From IMG/VR virus record IMGVR_UViG_3300027845_000349, positions 23,805-87,804 of that record: a stretch of 64,000 nt of DNA. One strand, given 5' to 3'. A program made the position numbers and the translations under genes. Positions 63,728 through 64,000 of this stretch are shown here, in pieces. The stretch comes from a virus. Lineage: Duplodnaviria > Caudoviricetes. Position 1 is the first letter of the stretch. Every line of letters begins with the position of its first letter. The notes under the pieces were generated by a model. That model did no database searches and was not told the DNA's origin. It saw only the letters and a program-made list of their open reading frames with translations.

Positions 63728-64000
63728 ATGGAATTTACAAAAGAGGAAATGAATTTTATTAGAGATGTTATGGAAAAGCTTACATTTAAAACAGAGGAAA
63801 TATTTCCCCATGCATATGCAAAAAGTGTTTTAAATAAAGTAAGAAAAATCCTTGAGCCTAAGAAACCTGAACCTGAACCTGAACCTGAACCTGAACCTGA
63901 ACCAGAAGTTAAGCCAGAAGTTAAGCCAGAAGTTAAGCCAGAAGTTAAGCCAGAAGTTAAGCCAGAAGTTAAGCCAGAAGTTAAGCCAGAAGTTAAGCCA
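63728..64000 (+). CDS. Protein with (PE)n/(PEVK)n tail, 3' truncated
   Basis: ATG 63728 with AAGGAG SD; frame open to the window end. Confidence 0.75.
   Translation, partial: MEFTKEEMNFIRDVMEKLTFKTEEIFPHAYAKSVLNKVRKILEPKKPEPEPEPEPEPEPEVKPEVKPEVKPEVKPEVKPEVKPEVKPEVKP
63866..64000 (+). repeat. Tandem repeats (CCTGAA)6 then (CCAGAAGTTAAG)8+
   Basis: Perfect copies at 63866-63901 and 63902-64000. Confidence 0.97.

Noticed and set aside
1-64000. Integrase, att sites or host flanking DNA
   Set aside because: None recognised; the whole window looks phage-like, so prophage versus free phage cannot be decided here.

Overview
An AT-rich stretch of a large tailed dsDNA phage or prophage genome (standard code 11). 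It runs from the end of a tail-fibre module (1-2041) through leftward recombination genes, a lambdoid-type replication/Nin region and about 20 kb of small accessory ORFs. It then continues with a five-tRNA cluster, terminase, portal and head-morphogenesis genes, more accessory genes, a spanin-like pair and a 2290-aa virion protein. No integrase, major capsid or DNA polymerase gene was recognised in the window. The spanin-like pair and lipoproteins suggest a diderm host (inference). Top finding: the tRNA cluster (Leu-TAA, Leu-TAG, Ser-TGA, Ser-GCT, Tyr-GTA) lies behind a classical ribosome-stalling attenuator. Its 17-aa leader ORF (37750-37803, absent from the ORF track) has eight consecutive Leu/Ser/Tyr codons that sample every tRNA in the cluster, followed by mutually exclusive antiterminator and terminator hairpins. 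This looks like a sensor that switches on replacement tRNAs when the matching host tRNAs are depleted. Also notable: both Leu tRNAs lack the long variable arm; two non-canonical tRNA-like RNAs carry the alanine identity set (G3.U70, A73); a PurA-like enzyme with an altered aspartate-binding loop is divergently co-regulated with a vWA operon; gene-cassette arrays share conserved junctions; and several candidate riboregulators occur. Protein family calls come from recognising motifs by eye, not from database searches.
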